Shown here: in pieces, positions 6,828 to 16,431 of the stretch | Layout: each line of letters opens with the position of its first letter | How positions within the stretch are numbered: the stretch's first letter is position 1 | IMG/VR virus record: IMGVR_UViG_3300031555_001743 | Length of the DNA: 47,977 bases | From: a virus | Strand: one strand, 5' to 3' | Notes under the pieces: model-generated | What the model was told of the DNA's origin: nothing | Database searches by the model: none | Seen by the model: only the letters and a program-made list of their open reading frames with translations | Program-made: the position numbers and the translations under genes

Positions 6828-8217
6828 TCCTTAACCATATCGGCAAACGCATTTCTTCAACTGCTATATATTTTTCTGATATCCTTATCGTTCCTTTGAT
6901 TTCGCTTGACAGGATATCTTTTGTGTACTTCACAAGTTCTGCAGTCATATGTTGTGCTTCTGCTTGTTTTCTTTCGATGTTCTGCTTTACCGATATCTCA
7001 GCTTCTGATGTTATGATATACACATCAACAGGCTTTTTCTGTCCGAATCTCCAACATCTTCTGACTGCCTGATAATAACTTTCAAAGCTATCAGATAAAC
7101 CGCAGAATATAACCGTGTTACAGTTCTGCCAGTTCATGCCCCATCCTGCTATCTTCGGCTTACTTATAAGCCTTTTTACTTCTCCCTGTGAGAAATTGAT
7201 CATTGATGTTTTTTTGTGATCGTCACTGTCAGCACCTTTTACTTCAACGCTATCGGGGATTATTTCTGATAATAACGCTGATTCATCATTGAAGTCACAC
7301 CATATCAGTGACTGTCCGTCAGCCTGTTCTGCGATTTCCTTTGATTTCTCAGCACGTCTTTCAAGGCTTTCTTTCCTTGCTTCTCTGCGTTCTGATAAAC
7401 TCTCTGCAACTTCTGCATAGAACATCATCTGTCCATCCTCATTCTCTGTGTTACCACTCTCGACCTGTATCTCATGAATGTTCAGCGGTGGAAGCTGATA
7501 ATCCTTGCCATCATATCCTAAATCGGCAGGAGAAGTCATGCAGCAAGCCCATGATGCTATCCATTCAAAGAACTTATCCTTTGCGTGTCCTTTAAGTCTC
7601 CATTTCGATGTATTTTTGCCATCGTGAACAAAGTATGTAGCAAGCATTTCTGTCTGTGTCATAATGCCTAAGAACTCAGCATGATTTCCGATTTCCATAA
7701 AGTCATTTGGTGCAGGTGTTGCTGTACAGCATAACTTATACGGTGTATCTTTGAATTTTTCCGTTAAGGCAATTCGTGTAGCACCTGTTGAATTCTTCAA
7801 AATCGAACTTTCATCAAGAATTATGCCGCTGAATGTACTCTCGTCAAAATGATCTATCATCTCATAGTTTGTGATATTGATTCCTTGCTTGACATCATCC
7901 TGAGTACGGCAGATATTTACATCAATTCCAAACTTCACGCCCTCGGCTTTTGTCTGCGCTGCCACTGCAAGCGGTGCTAAAATCAGCACATTTTCACCAG
8001 TATGCTTGTAAACTTCTTCTGCAAATGATAACTGCTGTAAAGTCTTACCGAGTCCACAGTCCTCAAATAAGCAGGCTTTTCCCTTTTTCAAAGCCCAATG
8101 AACAATATCTCTCTGCCAGTCAAAGAGATTTTTGTTGTACTGTGATTTATCACTTTCAAATCCGCTTGACTTTATCTGTGTCAGCTTCGATTTGATGAAC
8201 TCTTTGTAATCGTTCAT
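6793..8217 (-). CDS. SNF2-family helicase
   Basis: DCGLGKTLQ (motif I), ILDESSILKN (motif II), CCTATPAPND (motif III), RCWRFGQKKPVDVY (motif VI). Confidence 0.8.
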   Translation of the reverse strand: MNDYKEFIKSKLTQIKSSGFESDKSQYNKNLFDWQRDIVHWALKKGKACLFEDCGLGKTLQQLSFAEEVYKHTGENVLILAPLAVAAQTKAEGVKFGIDVNICRTQDDVKQGINITNYEMIDHFDESTFSGIILDESSILKNSTGATRIALTEKFKDTPYKLCCTATPAPNDFMEIGNHAEFLGIMTQTEMLATYFVHDGKNTSKWRLKGHAKDKFFEWIASWACCMTSPADLGYDGKDYQLPPLNIHEIQVESGNTENEDGQMMFYAEVAESLSERREARKESLERRAEKSKEIAEQADGQSLIWCDFNDESALLSEIIPDSVEVKGADSDDHKKTSMINFSQGEVKRLISKPKIAGWGMNWQNCNTVIFCGLSDSFESYYQAVRRCWRFGQKKPVDVYIITSEAEISVKQNIERKQAEAQHMTAELVKYTKDILSSEIKGTIRISEKYIAVEEMRLPIWLRSESDESKKSVC

Positions 8218-8432
8218 TTTTTTGATATCCTTTCAAATTAGTTTCATATTCGCCCTGTAAGCCCTTGCAAGCGTTCATAGTATAATTACACTACCTTGAC
8301 ATTACAAAGGCATTACAGCGCATTCTGGATGCTCTCAGCTATATCTCACGTATTCTTATTATCCATGAATCCCAGTTCAGTGGCTGTCTGCCTGCCGCTA
8401 AACATCCGACACAGTATGTCTGTCCGTTGCCG

Positions 8433-8882
8433 TTATGTTTGATTATTTTCATTGCTTTTGTCCTCCCTCTTGACTATATCATAGCCCTGATATTCTAACG
8501 CCTGCTGAAATCTGAAAACAAAATCCTGCAAGAAAGAAGGGATTTCATCACCCATTTCACATCTCAGAAGATCATTGTTCAGGCCTTCGTGTGCAAATAC
8601 AACTTCTGACAGTTCGCAGGCGTTTCTAACAGCTTCTTTCACCGCTTGCTCTTTTTTCATTTCGGCTTCATACCATTCCCCGATTCCATCCCATCTGTGT
8701 GCTTCATAGTCATCATGTATAGCAAGCTTTTTCTCGATTGTAGCCAGTCTATGTCTGCACCCGAGCGAACCGTCTTTGAACTCAAAGCATTCGTCCTCAC
8801 CGTACACGCAGCAGTATGTTTCCGGATACTCATATCCCTCTGTTCTAAGTGCAGGGCAGTTGTCACATTTCATGTTCATCAC
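8433..8882 (-). CDS. hypothetical Cys-rich protein (149 aa)
   Basis: KCDNCPAL ... YCCVYGEDEC ... GCRH; ORF in series. Confidence 0.6.
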   Translation of the reverse strand: MMNMKCDNCPALRTEGYEYPETYCCVYGEDECFEFKDGSLGCRHRLATIEKKLAIHDDYEAHRWDGIGEWYEAEMKKEQAVKEAVRNACELSEVVFAHEGLNNDLLRCEMGDEIPSFLQDFVFRFQQALEYQGYDIVKREDKSNENNQT

Positions 8883-9589
8883 TCCTCGAAAAATGATAGT
8901 TGTTTATCCGCCTGCCCTGTAAGGTATGCAGACCATTGTTGTGCCATTGCTTGTGCGATGCCTTGAAACGTTTTGCTTCTCACTTTTGCTGAACCGCCTT
9001 TCCGTGATACACCCTTGTATTTTGCATCATGCGTTTTAGAATACATTCCTGATACAACGTATGGAATAGGGTTGTTAATCACTTTTGTTGCGTTTAATTC
9101 GGGAAGACCTTTAAGCCACAAACAAGTTTTTTTGCTGTATATCTCCCCAAACCAATACGGCTGTATTACCTGCGTATACTTTGGCAGTTCATAAACGGAT
9201 GAAGGTATAGGATTTTCAACTGCAATATGTTCGCATTTTGCATTGTAGCATTGCATAAAGAACTCTTTACCTTTTAGCCCTTTTTTAAAGCGTTCTTTAT
9301 TCAACTTGTGACCTTTCCACAAGCTGTTTGCTCCCGCATTGCTGAGATACGTACAAGGCGGATGGGCAATGATTAAATCCCACTTGTCAACAGTATGCTT
9401 TTCACCGTCCATAGTCTTGAATTTTCCGCCATTCAGAACCTTAAGAACGTCTCCGAGAATATGCCACTCAGGATAACCGCCCGAAGGTTCTTGTATATCT
9501 GCGCTGTATGCTTCATGTCCTAATTTCCTGAACTCGATGCACACCCTCTGTGATTCTTCACAGGCTATAAGAACTTTAAGTGGCATCAC
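8879..9589 (-). CDS. divergent C5-cytosine-methyltransferase-like protein
   Basis: AHPPCTYLSNAG resembles the PC motif IV and IAVENP resembles the ENV motif VI. No clear FxGxG motif I, so activity is uncertain. Confidence 0.45.
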   Translation of the reverse strand: MMPLKVLIACEESQRVCIEFRKLGHEAYSADIQEPSGGYPEWHILGDVLKVLNGGKFKTMDGEKHTVDKWDLIIAHPPCTYLSNAGANSLWKGHKLNKERFKKGLKGKEFFMQCYNAKCEHIAVENPIPSSVYELPKYTQVIQPYWFGEIYSKKTCLWLKGLPELNATKVINNPIPYVVSGMYSKTHDAKYKGVSRKGGSAKVRSKTFQGIAQAMAQQWSAYLTGQADKQLSFFEE

Positions 9590-9804
9590 CTATCATCCCC
9601 CCTCCGTCTATCCCTGTTTGCCTTTGCAATCTTAGATTTGACTGCTCTCACAAAGGTTTCAGTTTCGTTCTCCTTCTTGATTTCTGTTCTTCTGCGTTCA
9701 AGTTCTTGCTTATACTCCGCATAGTCTCCACAAGTCGTATGGCATCCGATACAGCGATCAGTGCAGTTCTTGCAGGGAGACATTATTGTTGTTGAGATTA
9801 TCAT
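9586..9804 (-). CDS. hypothetical Cys-rich protein (72 aa)
   Basis: CKNCTDRCIGCHTTCGDY followed by a basic helix; AGAGGGG SD. Confidence 0.55.
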   Translation of the reverse strand: MIISTTIMSPCKNCTDRCIGCHTTCGDYAEYKQELERRRTEIKKENETETFVRAVKSKIAKANRDRRRGDDR

Positions 9805-10078
9805 GTGAATACCCCTCTTTGATTAATTCCTGATATCTTTTACAGATATCACAGAACTGTTTGTAATCGTCCTGATAACGTTTGTACATGATCATTGCAT
9901 AGCTTTTCCTTTTCTGTGCTTCTTCTCTGCTTATCCGCTTTGAATGATACTGTGCATATAGCCCTGACAGCATATAGAACAACATTGTCTCGGGCGGTTC
10001 AAGATCTTTCGGACAAGGCTCTCCATGAGCTGCATCATGCTCTATCTTCTGTAACAATTCTGACTGCATCTTCCACAC
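9758..10078 (-). CDS. hypothetical protein (106 aa)
   Basis: ORF in series; overlaps both neighbours by about 45 nt, so the start is uncertain. Confidence 0.5.
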   Translation of the reverse strand: MWKMQSELLQKIEHDAAHGEPCPKDLEPPETMLFYMLSGLYAQYHSKRISREEAQKRKSYAMIMYKRYQDDYKQFCDICKRYQELIKEGYSHDNLNNNNVSLQELH

Positions 10079-10415
10079 TCCTTGCTATGCCGGCTTTGCA
10101 TCCGTACCGGTTCTGCATCTGATCTATGAAGTTTATCTGTTCATCACTTGCAACACCGATCTCAGTCTTTACCTCGATGAATGCTATTTGTCCGTCCTTA
10201 ATAGCTGAGAGATCGCTGCGTCCCTTAGCAGCACCTGTCATAAAGTAAGGAACCTTGTCGAGCTGCGTCCGAAGCTCCGAAGGGACTGCACGTTTCAGTT
10301 TATCCATGAGCTTCTTCGGTATCAGGTATCCTGCTCCGACGTTGATACGCTCTGTGTAGTATCCAAGCTCTGAGAGCTTCAAGCGGATAGCGTTTTGTAT
10401 TGAATGTTCATTCAT
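10035..10415 (-). CDS. VRR-NUC domain nuclease
   Basis: GRSDLSAIKDGQIAFIEVKTEIGVASDEQINF gives a D...ExK core, with a C-terminal ARSVEDA helix, as in VRR-NUC proteins. Confidence 0.6.
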   Translation of the reverse strand: MNEHSIQNAIRLKLSELGYYTERINVGAGYLIPKKLMDKLKRAVPSELRTQLDKVPYFMTGAAKGRSDLSAIKDGQIAFIEVKTEIGVASDEQINFIDQMQNRYGCKAGIARSVEDAVRIVTEDRA

Positions 10416-10867
10416 GATATCTTCCTTCCTCTCATATTACCTTTGATTGAAAGTGCTTTTTCATATCCATGATTGCGAATTCTCAGTAGTAATGTATTCC
10501 TTGCTATTCCTAATTCACGAGACCATTGAGAAATAGTCATTGTTTTACCGTTGTATGTATAGTACACGTTTCTACTCGTATTACTGTTCTGAACAAATCT
10601 ATCAACCCATCGACAATTATCTGGACTGTAATTTTTATTTGAATCTTTTCTGTCGAGTGTTAAGTCTTCACGATAGCCATTATTCATTGCCCATTCATAG
10701 AAGTTTGGAAATACTTTCCACTCGTCACAGACACTGATGCCTTTTAAGCAATAGTTTTTAGCGGCCTTTGAATTTGGGTTTTCGCATCTCTGTATCATTC
10801 CGTGCCAGACACCATATAATTTTGTGTAGCTTTTTCCGTGCCTTTCGTACTTCTTATGCTCGGTCAC
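10412..10867 (-). CDS. HNH-like DNA-binding protein, paralog of 856-1497
   Basis: Shares YTKLYGVWHGMIQRC ... VCDEW ... LDRKDSNKNYSPDNCRW ... YNGKTMTISQWS with the 856 ORF. Start set at GTG 10867 behind an AAAGGTGGTG SD. Confidence 0.5.
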   Translation of the reverse strand: MTEHKKYERHGKSYTKLYGVWHGMIQRCENPNSKAAKNYCLKGISVCDEWKVFPNFYEWAMNNGYREDLTLDRKDSNKNYSPDNCRWVDRFVQNSNTSRNVYYTYNGKTMTISQWSRELGIARNTLLLRIRNHGYEKALSIKGNMRGRKIS

Positions 10868-11081
10868 GTTTGCACCACCTTTCAAATTCTTTCAGTTCTT
10901 CTTCGGTCGGTTCATCTTCTGGTCTGCCCTGATCATATCCGAGAGTGCATCCAGATTCAAAGGTACAGTCTGCTAAGTCCTCAGCAGTTTCAACCCATTC
11001 GGGATAATGAACCCATCCCCAACGGCACTCCTGACAGAATTTAATAACAGGATCAATGCATCTTGTAGGTTTATCTATCAT
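10854..11081 (-). CDS. hypothetical protein (75 aa)
   Basis: ORF in series; Cys/Trp-rich N-half and acidic C-half. Confidence 0.55.
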   Translation of the reverse strand: MIDKPTRCIDPVIKFCQECRWGWVHYPEWVETAEDLADCTFESGCTLGYDQGRPEDEPTEEELKEFERWCKRDRA

Positions 11082-12436
11082 ACTCCTATCAACTCCCTCA
11101 TGTATGAATATTTGCTCGGAATCGGTACATCATGCGCAGCTGCATACCTGATGCACCATGCAAATTTATACTTGTGCAGTTTCTGAAACTCAACTATCTC
11201 AGGCCATGTTTTTAAATCTGCATCTGCGAGTTTTGTATTTCTGATATCATCCTGTCGCTGCATCTCAACAAGATCAATCTCAACTGTCTTCTTCTCCTTG
11301 CGTTGTATCTCCTTCACCGCAGCACATCCGCAATACGGACACTTCTGCATTGTAGGAGGATACACGGCAAAGCACATCGGGCACTCTCTGATCTTGACTG
11401 TATTTGCCTGTTTAGCCTTGTTTTCAAGTGTCCACTCTCGATCATCATCGGGAAGGCCATGAAGATAACAGTTACCAACGTGATCTATAATTATCGCTGT
11501 CTTATCAGGCATATACCGCATTGACCTCATGCTTTGCTGTATGTACAGCGTCAGGCTCTGTGTCGGTCTGAGGAGGACCGTACATTCACAGTCAGGCACA
11601 TCCAGACCTTCACCGAATAACTCACAGTTCGTCAATATCATGATCTTACTGTCTCGGAAGTCCTGCATGATCTGTGTTCTCTGTTCCTTCGGTGTACTGC
11701 CACTAAGTGAAGCTGCTGTATATCCTGCCTGTCGGAACTGCTCTGCTGTCTCCTCAGCTGCTTCAACTGATGCACAGTAAGCAATGGTTTTTTTATTCTT
11801 AGCCAAGCGTTCCCACTGCTTCACGGTCTCTCCGTAGATCTCACTGTTCTGCATCAGCTCCGCTACCTCGTCTGCCTTGTAGTCGCCTGCCTTGATGTGC
11901 AGGCCTGATGTATCGGCAAGTTTAACTGAATAATACTTGTAAGGCGAGAGATAATGATTATCAATCAGCCATTTAGTTGATACTGATGTTATCAGCTTGT
12001 CGTATACCTCACCGAGACCGCCTGCATTAAGTCTGCATGGTGTTGCTGTAAAGCCTAACCTCAAAGCGTTCGGGAAAGCATTATAAATCTTCTTGTAGCT
12101 GTTCGCAGTGCTGTGATGTGCTTCATCCGTAATGATGATCTTCGGCTCTGGAATCTTGTCTATGTGTCTGCTTACTGTCTGAACCATACTCACCGAACAG
12201 AGATCCATATCCACGCCCTGCGCCGTGAATGTGTTGGTTATCTGCTCACATAATTCCTTGCGATGTACTAAAAATAACACATTGTTTCCCTTGTCAGTTG
12301 CTGAATGTGAAATTTCAGCCTGTATCACCGATTTACCGCCACCGCAGCCAAGAACCGAGACTATTGATTTACTACCATGAAGAGCAGCAAGTCTTATCTT
12401 GCCTATAAGATCAGCCTGATACGGTCTGAGTTTCAA
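11078..12436 (-). CDS. SF2 DEAD/DEAH-box helicase (ResIII-like) with C-terminal zinc ribbon
   Basis: GCGGGKS (Walker A), ITDEAHH (DEAH), GFTATPCR (motif III), CPMCFAV...CPYCG. Start set at TTG 12436 (MKLRPYQ) behind a GAGAGGAGTG SD. Confidence 0.8.
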   Translation of the reverse strand: MKLRPYQADLIGKIRLAALHGSKSIVSVLGCGGGKSVIQAEISHSATDKGNNVLFLVHRKELCEQITNTFTAQGVDMDLCSVSMVQTVSRHIDKIPEPKIIITDEAHHSTANSYKKIYNAFPNALRLGFTATPCRLNAGGLGEVYDKLITSVSTKWLIDNHYLSPYKYYSVKLADTSGLHIKAGDYKADEVAELMQNSEIYGETVKQWERLAKNKKTIAYCASVEAAEETAEQFRQAGYTAASLSGSTPKEQRTQIMQDFRDSKIMILTNCELFGEGLDVPDCECTVLLRPTQSLTLYIQQSMRSMRYMPDKTAIIIDHVGNCYLHGLPDDDREWTLENKAKQANTVKIRECPMCFAVYPPTMQKCPYCGCAAVKEIQRKEKKTVEIDLVEMQRQDDIRNTKLADADLKTWPEIVEFQKLHKYKFAWCIRYAAAHDVPIPSKYSYMRELIGV

Positions 12437-12696
12437 CGTTATCACTCCTCTCAAAAGTTGGTTACGCACTTGATTACACGGGTAAACCGCTATATTTCGG
12501 CAAATCCTTTGATTAGTGTAACCAATGAAACTAAAACTCCTTATATATTACAAATTTCACAATATTTCACATATTATAAAATATCGTATTTTTATTATTT
12601 TCTTTATATTTTGGTTACAGTGGTTACAAATAAGGATAAAAGGCTATAATAAGCGAAACCAACCATGTAACCAAATTTGTAACCATGTTACCAAAA
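12437..12696. other. putative replication origin (iterons plus AT-rich tract)
   Basis: TGGTTAC at 12459, 12612 and 12621. Inverted GTAACCA at 12518, 12667 and 12679, plus GTTACCA at 12687. ATTTCACA x2 and an AT-rich stretch at about 12530-12610. Sits between the helicase and primase genes. Confidence 0.45.
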
Positions 12697-14163
12697 TCAA
12701 AGTAAAATATCTTCATAATCGGTCATTCTTGTGCATTTCCACCATTTTTGTACACCATATTCGGGAAAACGTTTGACAACCGACTGTTTCTCCCACTCAG
12801 GAAAATTGCCCGACAAAATCAGTGCAATGTCGATGCTCTCTTTCTTCGATGGTTTACTTTCACCGTTCTTCAAAGCCTGTTGCCAGAGTTCAAGAATGCA
12901 AACCTCATCTCTACCTTCGAGATAGTCCTGAATCATTCCAACTCTGAAATCATCCTCGACTGCTTCTGCCTGTTTCTGTCTGATAATTCCCACAAGTTCA
13001 TGTTTAGCATAAGGCTGCATGAAGTCTGTGGTGAATTTCGCTTTCGCTTCTGCCCAACACTGCCTGATGTACTCTTTGATCTCATCCTTATGCTCAAACA
13101 GTTCATATCCGGTCTGCCCCACTCGCACAGGATAGAAGCGGCGGTTTCCTGTCTTGTCCGTCAGGAACTGCTCCTTATTCGTTGTGCCGATGAATATGCA
13201 CTGTCTCGGATGATCTGTAATGCGCTTGTCATAAGGCATTCTGTAACGATCATTCAGACGTGTCAGAAAGCTTTTAACAGCTTCTTGTTCCTTGACCTTA
13301 GTCATAGCCAACAGTTCAGATACCTCGCATATCCATGCACCTTCCAGGGCTTCTATGCCTTTCTGACCATCGAACTCATTGACTTCTGTGAAGTAATCAT
13401 CTTTCATGGCAAGCCAACGAACAAGCGTTGACTTGCCCTCACCCTGCTTCGTGCCGATAAGCACAGGCATATCATCGAACTTGCAGCCCGATTGATAAAG
13501 CCTGTGGATACCGCCTGCAAATATAAGCCTGCTGACTTCCCGTACATACGGAGTATCTTCACACTTAGCAGCATAATGCAGAAAATAAGAAATACGGTCC
13601 TGTTTATCCCATACCAGACTATCAACAAGATCACGGATAGGATGATACTCGTTCCTTCCGAATACCACTCTAAGCGCATCATCGCACTTCTGAGAGTTGT
13701 GGATTTTATACTTGAATTCGATGAAATGACGTGTTTCAGCATCGTCCTTGTCAGTCCATCGGCACATCTCTCCCTCTCGCTCTTGTTCGGGCGAGTAAGT
13801 CAGGAGATTGAATTTAAGCCCTTTGAACTTCTCATCGTGTTCCAGAATGCGGATGAAGTTCTCGGTTGACGATATGCGTTTACCATCTTCTCCACATTCC
13901 AGTTCAAATTTTTTATTTATACTGCTTTCGTACTGTTTTCGACAGGATTTTTCAAAAACCTTATACAGTGTCTTAAAGTTCTGCATACCGAACTTTTTAG
14001 CTTCTTTCGCTAATTCTTCAAGCCTTTGAAGCCTGATAAAATCATCATGAATTATGATAAGTTCGTTATACGGTTCATTCCCTTTAAAATCGTCCTTGTC
14101 ATAATTGAATCGCCATTCGAGACCATTCATTTCTTCGGGCGATACACCGCCATTTTTTGCCAC
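12697..14163 (-). CDS. VirE-family primase-associated P-loop helicase (possibly extending to 14364)
   Basis: GTKQGEGKST Walker A and the hallmark TGNRRFYPVRV. The track start is a GTG with no SD. The frame stays open for a further 75 codons upstream (see finding). Confidence 0.8.
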   Translation of the reverse strand: MAKNGGVSPEEMNGLEWRFNYDKDDFKGNEPYNELIIIHDDFIRLQRLEELAKEAKKFGMQNFKTLYKVFEKSCRKQYESSINKKFELECGEDGKRISSTENFIRILEHDEKFKGLKFNLLTYSPEQEREGEMCRWTDKDDAETRHFIEFKYKIHNSQKCDDALRVVFGRNEYHPIRDLVDSLVWDKQDRISYFLHYAAKCEDTPYVREVSRLIFAGGIHRLYQSGCKFDDMPVLIGTKQGEGKSTLVRWLAMKDDYFTEVNEFDGQKGIEALEGAWICEVSELLAMTKVKEQEAVKSFLTRLNDRYRMPYDKRITDHPRQCIFIGTTNKEQFLTDKTGNRRFYPVRVGQTGYELFEHKDEIKEYIRQCWAEAKAKFTTDFMQPYAKHELVGIIRQKQAEAVEDDFRVGMIQDYLEGRDEVCILELWQQALKNGESKPSKKESIDIALILSGNFPEWEKQSVVKRFPEYGVQKWWKCTRMTDYEDILL

Positions 14164-14404
14164 TTCAAGGCATCTGTTGAATATATCAAGATTGTTTGTT
14201 TGTTTGCTGACGTTTCTAAGAAGTGTAAGATTATTTGTAAGATTATCTTGATTTTCGCTAAAATACGCAATATCTTGAATGCAGTTTATAACTGCATCAA
14301 AAATTGCATTTTTATTGTCATGTGCAAAACACGCTTTCGCTTGTTGCTGTGTGATCCTATAAATACTAACACCTTCTTTCAGCTGATATCACCGAAAGAC
14401 TGTA

Positions 14405-15070
14405 TTAAAACGGCACATCCCCATCTGAAAGAATAACCTCAAAATCACTGAGATTATCGTAAGACATAGCTGCAAGCTGTTCAGGTGTCTGATATGCGTT
14501 CCCCATGCTTGCGAGTGAAGGAGATTCGGCTCTGTTTTTAAGCAGTTTATCATCAGGAATCTTGAAATTTCCTGAACGTATACTTTCGATACTGCGAGAA
14601 AATCTGCACTTTGTAACGAACTTGCGTTCTCCCTCTTTAGTCTCAAATTCTTCTCTGCCGAATACACCGCCAAACATCTTACCTTTAAGGCTGAGTTCGT
14701 TCCAGTCCCACATATAGCCATCATTCGACTTCTCAACCGAGGTTATAAATCTCTTGAAAGACTGCTTTGTCTTTTCATCGTTCTCTGTGCCATCATCTCT
14801 CGGAATGAAAACATCAAACACACCGCCCCACTTAGCATCGGGATTCTGTGCTTTAGCAGCCTTGAAACGTGTGCTGTAAATGCCTGCATACTGTTCGTGA
14901 TTGATGATATCGAATGCAACCTTCATGATCTCACCTGTTGCACCTGATGCCTTTGAAGTGTACTGTTCAACCTTTGCACCGATGATCTGTAACTCATAGC
15001 CGCCCGGTTCGATGCTTGCACCGCCCTCAAACACCTGGATTTCGTCATAGCCATTAAACTTCTTAATCAT
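14405..15070 (-). CDS. DUF669-type phage single-stranded-DNA-binding protein
   Basis: Size and position beside Sak4, and a C-terminal SDGDVPF tail like the bacterial SSB tip (D-I-P-F). Confidence 0.6.
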   Translation of the reverse strand: MIKKFNGYDEIQVFEGGASIEPGGYELQIIGAKVEQYTSKASGATGEIMKVAFDIINHEQYAGIYSTRFKAAKAQNPDAKWGGVFDVFIPRDDGTENDEKTKQSFKRFITSVEKSNDGYMWDWNELSLKGKMFGGVFGREEFETKEGERKFVTKCRFSRSIESIRSGNFKIPDDKLLKNRAESPSLASMGNAYQTPEQLAAMSYDNLSDFEVILSDGDVPF

Positions 15071-15073
15071 TGA

Positions 15074-15730
15074 TTATTTCTCCTCGTTTTCGTAGGCTTC
15101 AAGAGCCTTAATTACTTCTGTGATATCGTTCGGGATCTCATCTTCTTCAAATAATCCCATTGGTGACTTTGCTGTGCTGTTCTTAGCGTGAGTTTCAAAG
15201 ATATACTGTCCTGCATTGCACTTAGCTATCAGGACCGTTGTGAACTTGCTTTCAAGACATATCTTTTCAAGCTTTTTACCGCTTGTTTTGATACGTGTAA
15301 AGAGATATCCGCTATCATCACGCTCTGTCTGTGTGTGCGCCATGAAAATAACTGTAAGATCAGAACGAAGTGTATATGCAACATCGACTAACTGCCAGAT
15401 GCACTGTGCAAGATCCTGCCACTTGTCATATCCTTTTTCTTTCATGCGGCGCATTTCGTCAGCAACCATAATACTGCCGATAGTGTCAATTACTATTGTC
15501 TTGATATCGGGTCTATTCTGCGCAATTCCTATCATATACGCAAGAATCTGCTTTGCATCATCACTGCAATAGTAATTCTTATTCTCTGTGTTGTACTGCT
15601 TTTTCCATCCTCTCCATGATAACCCTTTCTTATCGGCATCAAAGATATATGTTGACTTCGGATCAAGGTTTCTCAGGGAAGTGGTCTTTCCGCTGCCTGA
15701 TTCTCCGCAAACACAAATTACCTTAGCCAT
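15074..15730 (-). CDS. Sak4-like AAA_24 ATPase (RecA-like recombination protein)
   Basis: VCGESGSGKTTS Walker A near the N-terminus, hydrophobic-D Walker B (TIVIDTIG), about 220 aa, flanked by Gp157 and the SSB-like gene. Confidence 0.7.
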   Translation of the reverse strand: MAKVICVCGESGSGKTTSLRNLDPKSTYIFDADKKGLSWRGWKKQYNTENKNYYCSDDAKQILAYMIGIAQNRPDIKTIVIDTIGSIMVADEMRRMKEKGYDKWQDLAQCIWQLVDVAYTLRSDLTVIFMAHTQTERDDSGYLFTRIKTSGKKLEKICLESKFTTVLIAKCNAGQYIFETHAKNSTAKSPMGLFEEDEIPNDITEVIKALEAYENEEK

Positions 15731-15745
15731 ATTATCCTCCTTTGT

Positions 15746-16222
15746 TTACTTGATCATGATTGATTCGCTTTCTTTCAGCCTTGCGCCTGCTATTTCCTTA
15801 CCCTCTTTAAGTTCGGCAAGTATAGCCTTTTTATCTATCTTTGCAGGCTGTGGGATAAGATACTGTTCAGGTATCTTTGTTTCGTCCGTAAGTTCACATG
15901 ACTTTGAACTTCTGCGGCTAACCGTGAACAGTCCTGTTCCTGTTTTCTTCTGGTCTGTCGCTCTCATGTAGTCGAGAATAAGTTTTTTCATGTTGTCAAC
16001 AGCTTTTTCCGCTGCCTGTTTCTTCTCGGTCAGTCTGTCGGCTTCTGCCTTGAATGCTTCTGCTTCTGCCTGCTTGTTACGAATAGCCTTGACAACATCG
16101 TCAATAGCGTTTTCAGCCCCGAGAGAATCAACGGTATCCTTGTATACATCCTCTGGTATTTCGCCTTCAGAAAGCATTTCTAAAAGCTGCTGAGTGCTCT
16201 GTGTTATCTGGTAAAGGTTCAT
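15746..16222 (-). CDS. Siphovirus Gp157-family protein
   Basis: About 158-aa coiled-coil protein ending KIDKKAILAELKEGKEIAGARL...IK, typical of the Gp157 family next to Sak4 (recalled). Confidence 0.6.
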   Translation of the reverse strand: MNLYQITQSTQQLLEMLSEGEIPEDVYKDTVDSLGAENAIDDVVKAIRNKQAEAEAFKAEADRLTEKKQAAEKAVDNMKKLILDYMRATDQKKTGTGLFTVSRRSSKSCELTDETKIPEQYLIPQPAKIDKKAILAELKEGKEIAGARLKESESIMIK

Positions 16223-16431
16223 TCTTCTTCCTCCTTGTTTTCCGCATACTTCCCGAAATCATCCATGCATCCCTCACAGATGTTGAATGTCGGATACCCC
16301 TCTATCGGTATCTCAAAGTAATGCTCTCCTGTGTAAATGTCGCATCCGCAGCTGTCACATACATTCAGCGGCTTTTCAGTGCTGTTCGGACAGTGCCTTG
16401 AACATGGATGCTGTCTGCATATATCACACAT
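16219..16431 (-). CDS. Cys-rich zinc-finger protein (70 aa)
   Basis: MCDICRQHPCSRHC ... CDSCGC ... CEGC. Start moved to ATG 16431, which overlaps the stop of the newly found 16424-16585 ORF. Confidence 0.5.
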   Translation of the reverse strand: MCDICRQHPCSRHCPNSTEKPLNVCDSCGCDIYTGEHYFEIPIEGYPTFNICEGCMDDFGKYAENKEEEE

